From Oscillospiraceae bacterium (lineage in GTDB: Bacteria > Bacillota > Clostridia > Oscillospirales > SIG627), in assembly GCA_015063985.1 (NCBI GenBank), contig SVTC01000003.1, positions 5,162 through 69,161 on the forward strand: DNA of 64,000 bases. The letters run 5' to 3'. Below are positions 17,911 to 28,284 of this stretch, piece after piece (the stretch's first letter is position 1; every line of letters begins with the position of its first letter). The notes below the pieces were generated by a model that worked only from the letters and a program-made list of their open reading frames with translations, had not been told where the DNA came from and did not search any database. The position numbers and the translations under genes are program-made.

Positions 17911-18729
17911 TTACAGCCCGTAGGACAATATGTCCACCCTTTCAAAATCCTTTATAGCCTCGCCCAGATACATGGCGGCGGCATCGATAAAATTCTCCGC
18001 ACTGTCGGAGGAATAGAGCTTGAGCCCTCCCCTCGAGCCGTCGGGGGAAAGAGCATCGGATGCTTTGAGAATATCGGAAAGCGCCACAGCCGCCTCTCTT
18101 CCCGTATTTATCAGCTCTCCCTCAGCCCATTCCGCCTTGAACACCCTCTCCAGCAAGGGATAATGGGTACAGCCGAGAATAATGCAATCACAGCCGCTTT
18201 TTTCAATGGGCTCAATATATTCTCTCACCGCAAGGCGGGTTATTTGATTATTCTCGGAAACGTAGCCGTTTTCCACCAGCGGCACAAGCAAGGGGCAGGC
18301 AACTCCGACTGTGCTCACCTTGCCGTCAAGAGTCCTGATAAACCTTTCATAGGAGCCGCTTTTTACGGTCGCCTTAGTTCCCAGAACACCGATCATTCCC
18401 TTTTTACTTAGCGCCAGAGCCCTTTTGGCGGCAGGCTCTATAACTCCCACAACGGGTACGCTTATCTTTTCCTTGAGCACGTCGATGGCCACACTGCTGA
18501 CGGTTCCGCAAGCCACAAGGATCGCCTTCACACCCAAGGAAAGCAAAAACGCAGCATCCTGACAAGCGTATTTTATTATCGTCTCGGCGCTTTTATCTCC
18601 GTAGGGGATCCTGGCATTATCTCCAAAGTAAACTATATTCTCGCCCGGAAGTATCCGCCTTAATTCCCTTACTGCCGTAAGCCCTCCGAAGCCGGAATCG
18701 AAAACGCCTATGGGCGCACAGTTACTCAC
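17911..18729 (-). CDS. murI: Glutamate racemase
   Basis: Contains the VFDSGFGGLT, ACGT and ILGCTHYPLL motifs. It overlaps ddl by 4 nt. Confidence 0.92.
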   Translation of the reverse strand: MSNCAPIGVFDSGFGGLTAVRELRRILPGENIVYFGDNARIPYGDKSAETIIKYACQDAAFLLSLGVKAILVACGTVSSVAIDVLKEKISVPVVGVIEPAAKRALALSKKGMIGVLGTKATVKSGSYERFIRTLDGKVSTVGVACPLLVPLVENGYVSENNQITRLAVREYIEPIEKSGCDCIILGCTHYPLLERVFKAEWAEGELINTGREAAVALSDILKASDALSPDGSRGGLKLYSSDSAENFIDAAAMYLGEAIKDFERVDILSYGL

Positions 18730-19805
18730 TCTTTATCTTCCTCCGTTGCAAAGCCGACCAGACGATCCACAAGCTCCTTGAAGCCTATGCCGCAATACTC
18801 CCAAAGCTTGGGATACATACTTATGGACGTAAAGCCGGGGAAGGTGTTTATCTCATTGAAAATGACCTCTCCGCTATCCTTAACGAAAAAGTCTGCTCTG
18901 GAAAGACCTCTGCAATCCAGGAGAGAAAACACTCTTTTCGCGGTAGCTATCACCTTATCGGAAACCTCCTCCGAAAGGGGCGCGGGGATAACGCAGAAGG
19001 ACTGAGGGGAAACGTACTTGCTCTCATAGCTGTAAAAATCAGCCTCGGAGCATATCTGACCGCAGCAGGTCGCCTTAACTCCGTCCCTTTCTTCAAGAAG
19101 AGCCACCTCTATTTCCATTCCGCAAATATTCTCTTCCGCTACGATCTTGTTATCTATCCTTGCGGCAAGCTCCACAGCCTCACGAAGCCCTTCGGGAGAC
19201 TTTACCTTGCTTATTCCCAGAGAAGAGCCGGCATTGGCGGGCTTCACGTACATAGGATATCCCAAGTCCGAGAGCTTTTCGGTCCACTCCCCTTCATTCC
19301 CGAAAAAGTCTGCTGCGGTAAAGGAATACCACCTCGCCTGAGGTATACCGTGAAGATCGAGAACGGTTTTTGTGAAGGCCTTGTCCATAGTAAGAGCCGA
19401 GGAGCAGGTCTTACATCCAACGTATGCCACTCCCGACGCCTCCATCAAGCCCTGCAGCCTTCCGTCCTCGCCGTTTTCGCCGTGCATAACGGGGATGATG
19501 CAATCAAGGGGCAGGATATCGTATTTCTTTTCGGGCTTATTAAAAACAACGAGCCCCTTATGTACAGAGCAGGGACTGAGCACTGCGGGAACGAGGTTTT
19601 CACTGTCCCTTTCCCACTCTCCGTTTCCTATACGGGAGAAATCTCCCTTATATAGCCACCACACTCCGTCCCTGGTGATGCCCACCGGGAATATTTCGTA
19701 TTTTTCTTTATCGCAATTATTAAGCACCGCTTCGGCGCTGATGCAGGATATATTATGCTCCGAGCTTCTTCCGCCGAACATAACGCAAAGCTTGGTCTTA
19801 CTCAT
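18726..19805 (-). CDS. ddl: D-alanine--D-alanine ligase
   Basis: ATP-grasp protein with MFGGRSSEHNISCISA, HGENGEDG, YVKPANAGSSLGISKV and NEINTFPGFT. Confidence 0.92.
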   Translation of the reverse strand: MSKTKLCVMFGGRSSEHNISCISAEAVLNNCDKEKYEIFPVGITRDGVWWLYKGDFSRIGNGEWERDSENLVPAVLSPCSVHKGLVVFNKPEKKYDILPLDCIIPVMHGENGEDGRLQGLMEASGVAYVGCKTCSSALTMDKAFTKTVLDLHGIPQARWYSFTAADFFGNEGEWTEKLSDLGYPMYVKPANAGSSLGISKVKSPEGLREAVELAARIDNKIVAEENICGMEIEVALLEERDGVKATCCGQICSEADFYSYESKYVSPQSFCVIPAPLSEEVSDKVIATAKRVFSLLDCRGLSRADFFVKDSGEVIFNEINTFPGFTSISMYPKLWEYCGIGFKELVDRLVGFATEEDKE

Positions 19806-19982
19806 TTAAATCTGCCCCTTTCAAAAAGGATAATGTATTATATGCAAGGTTTACGGTTGTGTCTTAAAGGATATTGTAGCACATTCTTTCAAAAAAATCA
19901 AGCAAAGGCACGGAATATAAGTATATTTATATATTTTACAATAATTTTTTTAAAATATTTACTATTTACTTCAATATTGCCC

Positions 19983-20012
19983 TTGACATAATCACCGAAA
20001 AAAGGTTATAAT
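19983..20012 (+). promoter_or_regulatory. Near-consensus sigma-A promoter for rny
   Basis: TTGACA (19983-19988), 18-nt spacer, TATAAT (20007-20012). Confidence 0.6.
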
Positions 20013-20109
20013 ATAGTGTATTTGAGCACTCTTCTTTTTTGATATTTCATTCGGATATAAAAATTTGATTAAGATTAAACAACGTAAAGGAGGATAAAAC
20101 GACAAAACA

Positions 20110-21705
20110 ATGCTGGAAAACAGAATAGTTAACCTGCTTGATGCATCGGGCGCGATAGATCCAATGCTCATTACCGTCGCGGCGGTAGGCGCTGTAGCAA
20201 TGCTTGCTTTGGGCTTTGCCATAGGCTTTATAATCCGCAAGAAGGTAGCAGAGAAAAAGATCGGCAGTGCCGAGACTCAGGCTGAGATAATCATTGACAA
20301 CGCAAAAAAAGAGGCAGAACGCAAAAAGAAAGAAATTATTGTAGAAGGCAAAGAAGAAATTCTCAAAAACAAGAACGAAACTGAAAAAGAACTCAAAGAA
20401 CGCAGAAACGAAGTAAACCGTCTGGAGAGAAGAGCCATCCAGAAGGAAGAGAACCTTGACAAAAAGCTTGAAAACCTTGAAAAGAAGGAAGAGCAGTGCA
20501 ACCAGAAAATAAAAAATCTGGAGGCTCAGGAGGCAGAGATCTCCGCTCTCAAGGAAAAGCAGCTTGCAATTTTGGAAGAGTATGCCGGTCTGACCAGCGA
20601 GCAGGCAAAGGCATTCCTCATTGAAAAGATCGAAAGCGAAGCCCGCCGCGAGGCAGCGATCCGCGTGGGCGAGATCGAGCAGGAGATCAAGGACACCGCC
20701 GACGAAAAGGCAAAGAACATAATCACCGCCGCCATCCAGAGATGCGCGGCAAACCACGTTACCGAAGCAACCGTTTCGGTAGTTATGCTTCCCAATGACG
20801 ATATGAAGGGAAGGATCATCGGACGCGAGGGAAGAAACATCCGTACCATCGAATCTCTCACCGGCGTTGATCTTATTATTGACGATACCCCCGAGGCTAT
20901 CACCCTTTCAAGCTTCGATCCCATGAGAAGAGAGGTTGCCCGCCTCTCCATTGAAAAGCTTATGACCGACGGAAGGATCCATCCCACAAGGATAGAGGAG
21001 ACCGTCGAAAAGTCCAAGAAGGAAGTCGAAGCCATCATCAAGCAGGAGGGCGAGAAGGCGGTCCTCACCACCGGCGTTCACAGTATGAACAGTGAGCTTA
21101 TCAAGCTTCTGGGAAGGCTGAAGTACCGCACAAGCTACGGTCAGAACGTTCTTATGCACTCCATCGAGGTAAGCTACATTGCGGGAATGATCGCAGACGA
21201 GTTGGGCATCGAGCCCGCTTTGGCAAGACGTGCAGGTCTTCTCCACGATATAGGCAAGGCTCTCAACCACGAGGTTGAGGGAAGCCACGCTCAGATCGGT
21301 GTTGACATCGCAAAGAAATACCGCGAGAACAAGGAAGTTATCCACGCCATCGAGGCGCACCATAACGATGTCGAGCCCCAGACTCTTGTGGCAGTTATCG
21401 TTCAGGCGGCAGACGCAATCAGTGCAGCCCGTCCCGGCGCACGCAGAGAGGACATTGAAAACTACATCAAGAGACTTCAGAAGCTGGAGGAGATCGCAAA
21501 CAGCTTTAACGGTGTTGAGAAATCCTTTGCCATCCAGGCAGGCAGAGAGCTCAGACTTATGGTCAAGCCCGAGGTCATCAACGATGAAAGCATGGCTCTT
21601 ATCGCCCGCGAGATAGTACGCAAGATCGAGACCGAAATGGAATATCCCGGTCAGATCAAGGTCCACGTCATCCGCGAGAGCAGAGCTATCGAGTACGCGA
21701 AGTAA
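20110..21705 (+). CDS. rny: Ribonuclease Y
   Basis: N-terminal TM segment, a Lys/Glu-rich coiled coil, a KH domain ([12 protein letters not shown]) and an HD domain (LLHDIGKA...HH). Confidence 0.93.
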   Translation: MLENRIVNLLDASGAIDPMLITVAAVGAVAMLALGFAIGFIIRKKVAEKKIGSAETQAEIIIDNAKKEAERKKKEIIVEGKEEILKNKNETEKELKERRNEVNRLERRAIQKEENLDKKLENLEKKEEQCNQKIKNLEAQEAEISALKEKQLAILEEYAGLTSEQAKAFLIEKIESEARREAAIRVGEIEQEIKDTADEKAKNIITAAIQRCAANHVTEATVSVVMLPNDDMKGRIIGREGRNIRTIESLTGVDLIIDDTPEAITLSSFDPMRREVARLSIEKLMTDGRIHPTRIEETVEKSKKEVEAIIKQEGEKAVLTTGVHSMNSELIKLLGRLKYRTSYGQNVLMHSIEVSYIAGMIADELGIEPALARRAGLLHDIGKALNHEVEGSHAQIGVDIAKKYRENKEVIHAIEAHHNDVEPQTLVAVIVQAADAISAARPGARREDIENYIKRLQKLEEIANSFNGVEKSFAIQAGRELRLMVKPEVINDESMALIAREIVRKIETEMEYPGQIKVHVIRESRAIEYAK

Positions 21706-22487
21706 TGAAGCCGCTTCGCATCGCCGCCTTCGGCGATATGGTCTCCCCCGCCGCAGTTGCCCTTTTTGAAAAAAAGATTGGCTGCTTCAAAAGGGAAAAT
21801 CAAGTCGATTTTGTCATTGTCAACGGCGAGAACGCCGCCAAGGGCAACGGCTTGGATCCCGACAGCGCACTCAGTCTCAGACAAAGCGGCGCAGACGTGG
21901 TAACGGGCGGAAACCACACCCTCAGAAGGTTTGATCTCTACCCATTTCTTGACGACGAACCCTGGCTCATACGCCCCATCAACTACCCCGATAGCGTTCC
22001 GGGAATGGGCTACGTTATTTCCGATACCCCCTATGGCAGGATAATGGTGATCAACGTAATGGGCTGCGTATACATGGACAGTCTCAACTCCCCCTTTGAC
22101 ACGGTAGACAGACTTCTGGCTAAGGAAAAAGGCAATTACGATCTGTGCGTTATGGACGTTCACGGAGAAGCAACCAGTGAAAAAGCGGCTTTGGCGCACT
22201 ATTTTGACGGCAGGATAGATGCAATATTCGGCACCCACACCCACGTTCAGACCTCCGATATCCGAATTTTAAAAAGGAATACCGGATTCATAACCGATCT
22301 TGGAATGTGCGGTCCTGTTGATTCTATCTTAGGTGTGGATCCGCAAAAGGTCATCGACAAATTCCGCACCAAGCTCCCAACGCAGTTTAAGGCTGCATCG
22401 GGGCCCTGCTCCCTTGAGGGCGCTCTGTTCACCCTCCAAGCGGGAAAGGGATGCATTGAAGCGAAGAGCTTCAGAATACACGAATGA
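21705..22487 (+). CDS. ymdB: YmdB-family metallophosphoesterase (2',3'-cyclic-nucleotide 2'-phosphodiesterase)
   Basis: FGDMVS...VNGENAAKGNGL...GNH... calcineurin-like motifs. It overlaps the rny stop by 1 nt, which is the conserved rny-ymdB arrangement. Confidence 0.88.
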   Translation: MKPLRIAAFGDMVSPAAVALFEKKIGCFKRENQVDFVIVNGENAAKGNGLDPDSALSLRQSGADVVTGGNHTLRRFDLYPFLDDEPWLIRPINYPDSVPGMGYVISDTPYGRIMVINVMGCVYMDSLNSPFDTVDRLLAKEKGNYDLCVMDVHGEATSEKAALAHYFDGRIDAIFGTHTHVQTSDIRILKRNTGFITDLGMCGPVDSILGVDPQKVIDKFRTKLPTQFKAASGPCSLEGALFTLQAGKGCIEAKSFRIHE

Positions 22488-22505
22488 AATAATCAAATAT
22501 AAGTT

Positions 22506-22535
22506 AAAGCAGTCGCAATTGCGACTGCTTTTTCA
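22506..22535. terminator. Bidirectional intrinsic terminator
   Basis: Stem aaagcagtcgc / gcgactgcttt with loop aatt, followed by a T-run. Confidence 0.7.
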
Positions 22536-23354
22536 TTTTCCTATTTCCGTTTCTCTGAACGCCTTAGGTGATGCTCCATAATACTTTTTAAACATTTTGG
22601 AAAACAGGAGAGGATCGCTATAGCCCACCGAATTTGATATAAAGCCTATATTAAGCTCGGTGCTTTTCAAAAGAAAGCCTGCCTTTTCCATACGAAGCTC
22701 CATTAAGATCTCCTTGGGAGATCTGCCGCAAGCCTTCTTGAAAAGGCTGAAAAGATAAGTCCTGCTGACTCCCACGGCCTTTGATACTTCATCCACGGTA
22801 ATGGGCTCGTAATAGTGATTCTTCATATATCTGACCGCATCTCGATAATAAGGGTGTTCCTTCTCCTCCCTCTCCTTATTACTTGAAAACGTACTGAAAA
22901 GCTCGTAAAGCTTTGATGTAAACAAAAGGTTTTCTCCCAGATCACTGCTTCTGTCTCTGGGCATAGCCCTGATCAAGGCGGCAACACCCTTTCCGTCCTC
23001 GGGCCGTATCAACGGCTCATCCACACTCACACCAAGCTTTGAGAAAAGCCCCTCCGCCTCAGCTCCGGTAAATGCCACCCAGATATAATGCCAGGGATCT
23101 TCGGCATCTGCGCAGTATTTGACTACAGTATAGGGAAAAATAACAAAGGCCTCCCCTGCTTCAACCGGGTACTCACGGTCGGAGCAATAGTATTTTCCCT
23201 TTCCCGAGATAACGTAATGAATTATAAAGTGATTTCTTATACCCGCCCCCCAGCTATGAAGCGGAGGGCACCTTTGCTCGTTTGTAAGCAATGGATAAAG
23301 GCCCACCTTACTCTCGGCATCGGGATCGTCGAACCGTATAAAATAGCTTATCAT
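22533..23354 (-). CDS. AraC family transcriptional regulator
   Basis: Cupin-like N-terminus and a C-terminal HTH (ISNSVGYSDPLLFSKMFKKYYGASPKAFR). Divergent from the GH4 gene. Confidence 0.85.
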   Translation of the reverse strand: MISYFIRFDDPDAESKVGLYPLLTNEQRCPPLHSWGAGIRNHFIIHYVISGKGKYYCSDREYPVEAGEAFVIFPYTVVKYCADAEDPWHYIWVAFTGAEAEGLFSKLGVSVDEPLIRPEDGKGVAALIRAMPRDRSSDLGENLLFTSKLYELFSTFSSNKEREEKEHPYYRDAVRYMKNHYYEPITVDEVSKAVGVSRTYLFSLFKKACGRSPKEILMELRMEKAGFLLKSTELNIGFISNSVGYSDPLLFSKMFKKYYGASPKAFRETEIGK

Positions 23355-23519
23355 ATTTTCACCTCTTTTACAGAAAACATTTTACCATAAAATCAATACA
23401 TAATGCAATAGACATTTTTAAAAAATATGATAAAATATCACTTATAACCGTTACAAAAAATCAAATCCGTCCATAAAAAAACAATTAAACTTTTTTCAAT
23501 GAAAAGAGAGGATCACACA

Positions 23520-24842
23520 ATGAAAAAATTTGCATTCATCGGCGGCGGAAGCTTTGGCTTTACAAGGACTCTTGTAAGAGACATTTTAACATTTCCCGCC
23601 TTCAGAGATGCCCACATCGCCCTGATGGACATCGATGAGGAGCGACTGGGCTACATCAAAAAGGCCTGCGATAAGCTTGTGGAGCTTGGAAATTATCCCG
23701 CAACCGTCACCGCCACCACAAACAGAGCGGAGGCACTTAAGGATGCCGACGGTGTTCTCTGCACCATCCTTGCAGGCGACGTTGACGTTTGGCAGCATGA
23801 CGTTCTCATTCCCGAAAAGTACGGCGTGGATATCAACGTCGGTGATACCCGCGGTCCCTCGGGAATCTTCCGCGCTCTGAGAACCATCCCCGTTATGCTG
23901 GACATCTGCGCCGATATAGAAAAATACTGCCCCAACGCAGTATTTTTAAACTACACTAACCCCATGGCAATGCTCTGCAGAGCAATGCAGGAAAAGTATC
24001 CTCATTTGAAGATCACGGGTCTTTGCCACAGTGTTCAAGGAACCGCCGAAATGCTTGCAAAATGGGTGGGAGCAGATCCCAAGGACGTCACCTACACCTG
24101 CGCGGGCATAAACCATCAGGCATTTTATCTTGATCTGAAGTGGAACGGAAAGGATATGTATCCCCTTCTCAGAGAAGCGATGAACAAGCCCGAGGTAGCC
24201 GAAAGCGAGACCGTAAGAAACAATATGTTCAAGCACCTCGACTACTACGTCACCGAATCCAGCGGCCACAACAGCGAGTACGTTTCCTGGTACAGAAAAA
24301 GAGCGGATCTTGTGGAAAAATATTGCAACGGAACCTGCTGGAATCCCGGCAAGCACGCATATATCCTCAACCACTACAAGAAGCGCAAGGACACCTGGCG
24401 CAACGAGATCAAGGAATGGCTCGACAAGCCCACCCACAATCTGGAAAGAGGCGCAGAATACGCCGCTTATATCTTCAACGCAGTCTTCGGCGATAACACC
24501 ATGTTCCGCTTTAACGGAAACGTCAGAAACTTCAACCTTATTGACAACCTTCCCTACGGCTGCTGCGTTGAGGTACCCGTTATTGCATCAAAGGATTCTC
24601 TGGAAGCGGTTGCGGTGGGAGCACTTCCCGATCAGCTTGCAGTGCTGATCAACACCAGCGCCCGTTGCGAGGAGCTTGCCGTACAGGGCGCATTGGAGGG
24701 CGATCCCAGAAAGGTATTCCACGCCATTGCCTTCGACCCCCTCACAAGCGCAGTTCTCTCCCTTGACGAGATACAGTCAATGGTAGACGAAATGTTTGAA
24801 GCCAATAAGGATTATCTGCCGCAGTTTAAAACACTGAGATAA
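23520..24842 (+). CDS. Glycoside hydrolase family 4 alpha-galactosidase/alpha-glucosidase
   Basis: [14 protein letters not shown] is an NAD-binding N-terminus, and NYTNPM and GLCHSVQGT motifs are present. The start is set at ATG 23520 (RBS AGAGAGGA) rather than 23499. Confidence 0.85.
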   Translation: MKKFAFIGGGSFGFTRTLVRDILTFPAFRDAHIALMDIDEERLGYIKKACDKLVELGNYPATVTATTNRAEALKDADGVLCTILAGDVDVWQHDVLIPEKYGVDINVGDTRGPSGIFRALRTIPVMLDICADIEKYCPNAVFLNYTNPMAMLCRAMQEKYPHLKITGLCHSVQGTAEMLAKWVGADPKDVTYTCAGINHQAFYLDLKWNGKDMYPLLREAMNKPEVAESETVRNNMFKHLDYYVTESSGHNSEYVSWYRKRADLVEKYCNGTCWNPGKHAYILNHYKKRKDTWRNEIKEWLDKPTHNLERGAEYAAYIFNAVFGDNTMFRFNGNVRNFNLIDNLPYGCCVEVPVIASKDSLEAVAVGALPDQLAVLINTSARCEELAVQGALEGDPRKVFHAIAFDPLTSAVLSLDEIQSMVDEMFEANKDYLPQFKTLR

Positions 24843-24931
24843 CCTTAAGCTTTATTCCAACTCAAGTGAGCAAGTGATTTTAAATAAAAAGTTTCGTTAA
24901 AATTCACGAAAAAGTTTCGTAAGGAAAACAC

Positions 24932-24960
24932 TTGGCAGAGAAATATTCCTACTGTATAAT
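24932..24960 (+). promoter_or_regulatory. Candidate extended -10 sigma-A promoter for the GLUG/MBL gene
   Basis: TTGGCA, 17-nt spacer, TG-n-TATAAT (24955-24960). Confidence 0.5.
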
Positions 24961-25053
24961 TTATTTGTATATTTTAATCTTTCTTTTGTATTATCAGTCG
25001 CCTACAGTATAAAACAGAGGAAAGATAAAAATAAAAAACAAAAGGAGAAAAAT

Positions 25054-28002
25054 ATGAAAAAAATCATATCGATCGTGCTTGCTTTAGTTATGATCGTTCC
25101 TATGATGTGCTTCAGCGCTTCTGCTGCTGCAAGCATCACACCGGACACGTCATGGTACGACGCAAGCAAGTCGGAATTTGTGATCGACTCAGCTGCCGAT
25201 CTCTATGGCTTTGCTCAGCTTGCAAACGGTGGAAATACCTTTGCAGGTAAGACAGTCAAGCTCGGCGCAGACATCACGATCAACGAAGGAAAAGCCTCCG
25301 ATTGGGCTTTGGCTCAGGATAACGATTCCTTCTTAGAGCTTGAGCTCATCAGATGGACTCCCATTAATGGCTTTGCAGGAACCTTTGACGGCCAGGACCA
25401 TACCATCAGCGGTGTGGCAAGCTTGGGTGCTTATTCGGCTCTTTTCAAAAGCACAAGCGCCAATTGCGTTATCAAAAATCTTAACGTTGTAAACAGCTAC
25501 TTCTGTGATCCTTCAGAAACCGGATTTGTAGGTGTTGTTTCTTCCATCGGCGGAGGAAACTTCGAAAAGATCTATTCCGACGCATACTCTTACACAAAGG
25601 GTCACCATGCAGGCGGTATCTTCGGATGCGCTACTGCTCCCGTAACTGTTAAGAACTCCTGGTTTGACGGCTCTGTTTTACTGGGACGCAGATTCGGCGG
25701 CGGTATCGTCGGTAACGGAAACGGCAACGTTGTCGTTATCGAAAACTGTCTCAACTCCGGCTCTGTACATTCCAAGGAAGTACAGTATCAGCTTGCTCAC
25801 ATCGGCGGTATGTGCGGACGTAACGACAGCTTCACCACCATCAAAAACTGTCTCAACGTAGGCGCTATCACCTCCGACTACTCTAATGCAGGAGTAAACG
25901 ACGTTCTCGGCGGCATCTTCGGTGCTAACTCCCAGGGCGACGCTACCAAGGGCGGAACCGTTATTGAAAACTGCTGGACCACTGTTGAGTCCTGCGTTAA
26001 GGCAGTAGGTACGACCGGTCCTGCCGCATCCGCAAAGATCGACGTTAACGTTATCAGCGAGTCTCTTCTTGTCGGCTACGGCGCATACACCAACACAACT
26101 CTCGACTTTGAAAACGTTTGGGCAGTAGATACTGACGGTTACCCCGTTTTGCAGTGCTTTGCCGATGTAATTCCCACTCTTTACAAGGTCAACAATCCCC
26201 AGATCGTTGATTACGAGGTCAAAGCTGAAGGCTTCTACGGCCCCAGATGGTACGTTGAGCTTGAGATTCCCGAAGGAATGACCAAGGACAACGTCACTCT
26301 CGGCGCTCTTATCGTTCCTACCAAGGCTCTTCCCGCAGGCCGCGAGATCGGCTTGAACGATGAGTCCCTTACTTACAGAGACGTTGAGTACAAGGTAGCA
26401 AACGTTGAAGCAAAGATATTCCGTGAGAGTGAAGAAGGCAAGCTTCTGGCTTCCTTTGTCATCACAGATCTTGATGCCGAGCTTGTTCGCACCTCCTTTA
26501 CTCTTAAGCCCTATGCCATCTATACAGTAAAAGAGGGCGATATCATTTCCTACGGCGACAGTGCAAGCGCAGCCTTCTACAAGGATGCAGTTCTTGAAAG
26601 CAAGGATAGCGCTACCGCTGCTGAAAAGAAGGCTCTTCTTGACAAGGTCCTGGCTCCCATATACGAAGGTCTGGGCGGCGAATTCCCCGTTATCGAGGAA
26701 TGGAGCGAGATTGACGAATTCGTCGAGGTTCCCGCATACAAGGCCGATTCCATCGCTATCAACCCCGCAGAGGATTACGGTCCCGAGCACGCAGAGGCAG
26801 GTAATCCCACCAAGGTGATCCGTCTTGACAATGCAGAGGATAAGCACTACTACGAATACAGAAAGCTGCTTGAGCAGTTTGGCTTTAAGCTCTACGTTGA
26901 TAACGGCGAGACCGGTCTGAACGATTCCGTTTACACCGCTATCTACACCAAGGGCGACCTTGTTGTTACCGTTACCATGATCAGCTATCAGTTCCAGCTC
27001 TACGTAACCGCAACCTACGATATGCCTCTTTCCGAGCATCTCTTTGACAACTTCAAGGATGAAGCGGTTGCAGGCGCAAAGGACAGCTTGAGTATGCTTG
27101 AAATGAACAACTGGGGTAACAGCTTCGTTATCCAGCTCAAGAACGGTCACTTCCTCGTAAACGACGGTGCAGGTGACGAAGAGTTCCCCTACCTTATGCA
27201 GTACCTCCAGAAGCTGGCAGGCGAAGGCAAGCCCGTTGTAATCGAGGCTTGGTTTGTTACCCATGCTCATTACGACCACTACTGTATTATCAGAGGACTT
27301 GAGAAGCATCCCGAATTCCTTCCCGAGGAGTTCTACGTAGAAGGCTTCTACATCAACTTCCCCAGCTATGATGTCAACCAGTTTGACCTCGGCGTTTACA
27401 ATGAGATCCCTCAGGTAGTTTCCGCAATCAAGACTGTTAAGACCACAAAGGGAACCACTCCCGAGATCTACAGACCTATGACCGGCCAGAGATACTATTT
27501 CTGCGATTCTATCGTTGAAATTCCCCATTCTCAGGAGCAGCTGACCACCGATGAATATTACGTCAGATCCTCACAGAAGCAGTTCAACGATTCCTCCACA
27601 TGGTACAAGCATTACCTCAACGTTGGAAACGGCGAATACCAGACCTTCCTCGTCGGCGGTGACAGCGACCATGGCGGACAGCAGGAATTGATGTGGAACT
27701 ACGACGAGGAATACCTCGACGTTGATATCACTGCTGTGCTTCACCACGGTTACAACAGCTGGAATGAATTCACAGACTTCATCAGCTACAAGACTCTTCT
27801 CGTTCCTCAGAGAGAGAAGAACCTCGGCGCTGAAACCAGCTATGCTTACACCTTTGCCGAAGAGTACTTCTTCGAGGGCAACGGAAACGTGATGCTCACC
27901 TTCCCCTATAAGGTTGGAGAGGCTGTTCAGAAGCATGAATTCCAGTGGGAATATGCTTCTGTATACGGCGGAGTAAACGGTCAGAAGAAGGGAGGCGCTT
28001 AA
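25054..28002 (+). CDS. Secreted multidomain protein: signal peptide + GLUG-type repeat region + C-terminal metallo-beta-lactamase-fold domain
   Basis: The signal peptide is MKKIISIVLALVMIVPMMCFSASA. Repeated GG(I/M)xG...I(K/E)NC units appear at about residues 185-320. The MBL signature is VTHAHYDHY plus a later GGDSDHGG...VLHHG. Confidence 0.7.
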   Translation: MKKIISIVLALVMIVPMMCFSASAAASITPDTSWYDASKSEFVIDSAADLYGFAQLANGGNTFAGKTVKLGADITINEGKASDWALAQDNDSFLELELIRWTPINGFAGTFDGQDHTISGVASLGAYSALFKSTSANCVIKNLNVVNSYFCDPSETGFVGVVSSIGGGNFEKIYSDAYSYTKGHHAGGIFGCATAPVTVKNSWFDGSVLLGRRFGGGIVGNGNGNVVVIENCLNSGSVHSKEVQYQLAHIGGMCGRNDSFTTIKNCLNVGAITSDYSNAGVNDVLGGIFGANSQGDATKGGTVIENCWTTVESCVKAVGTTGPAASAKIDVNVISESLLVGYGAYTNTTLDFENVWAVDTDGYPVLQCFADVIPTLYKVNNPQIVDYEVKAEGFYGPRWYVELEIPEGMTKDNVTLGALIVPTKALPAGREIGLNDESLTYRDVEYKVANVEAKIFRESEEGKLLASFVITDLDAELVRTSFTLKPYAIYTVKEGDIISYGDSASAAFYKDAVLESKDSATAAEKKALLDKVLAPIYEGLGGEFPVIEEWSEIDEFVEVPAYKADSIAINPAEDYGPEHAEAGNPTKVIRLDNAEDKHYYEYRKLLEQFGFKLYVDNGETGLNDSVYTAIYTKGDLVVTVTMISYQFQLYVTATYDMPLSEHLFDNFKDEAVAGAKDSLSMLEMNNWGNSFVIQLKNGHFLVNDGAGDEEFPYLMQYLQKLAGEGKPVVIEAWFVTHAHYDHYCIIRGLEKHPEFLPEEFYVEGFYINFPSYDVNQFDLGVYNEIPQVVSAIKTVKTTKGTTPEIYRPMTGQRYYFCDSIVEIPHSQEQLTTDEYYVRSSQKQFNDSSTWYKHYLNVGNGEYQTFLVGGDSDHGGQQELMWNYDEEYLDVDITAVLHHGYNSWNEFTDFISYKTLLVPQREKNLGAETSYAYTFAEEYFFEGNGNVMLTFPYKVGEAVQKHEFQWEYASVYGGVNGQKKGGA

Positions 28003-28005
28003 GCA

Positions 28006-28191
28006 ATGAAGAAATACACATCTCCCGAAGCTAAGCTTCTTTCCCTGGAGATAGAGGACGTGATCACTGCATCCGCAGTTGCTCCCTCCTCCAGCGTAAA
28101 CGCAAGTGTTCCCCCCACATCCACTGTGGCTCCCACAGTATCCGATGCAGGTCTTGACAACACAGTAAGCGCTGACACCTGGAAGCAGTAA
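28006..28191 (+). CDS. Small 61-aa protein/peptide, unknown function (translationally coupled to the upstream gene)
   Basis: The ATG lies 3 nt after the upstream stop, with GGAGG 10 nt upstream. The N-terminus is MKKYTSPEAKLLSLEIEDVITAS, followed by an Ala/Ser/Thr/Pro/Val-rich tail. A strong terminator follows. Confidence 0.5.
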   Translation: MKKYTSPEAKLLSLEIEDVITASAVAPSSSVNASVPPTSTVAPTVSDAGLDNTVSADTWKQ

Positions 28192-28204
28192 GCAAAAAAC
28201 AACC

Positions 28205-28240
28205 AAAGAGCTATGTCCCTTCGGGACATAGCTCTTTTTT
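28205..28240 (+). terminator. Intrinsic terminator
   Basis: 15-bp stem aaagagctatgtccc / gggacatagctcttt followed by a T-run. Confidence 0.85.
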
Positions 28241-28250
28241 CGTAAAAAAG

Positions 28251-28277
28251 CGGCGTATCCGAAATTCGGATACGCCG
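28251..28277 (-). terminator. Intrinsic terminator of the rhamnose-operon transcript
   Basis: Stem cggcgtatccgaa / ttcggatacgccg, followed on the minus strand by CTTTTTTAC. Confidence 0.8.
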
Positions 28278-28284
28278 TAACCGT

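Noticed and set aside
20047-21666. Minus-strand ORFs (236, 181 and 252 aa) opposite rny
   Set aside because: These are low-complexity Leu/Phe/Ser-rich translations antisense to the Lys/Glu-rich coiled coil of RNase Y. They are shadow ORFs.
25678-27528. 616-aa minus-strand ORF inside the GLUG/MBL gene
   Set aside because: It is an antisense shadow of a gene with a signal peptide, GLUG repeats and an HxHxDH motif. It has no RBS or recognisable motif.
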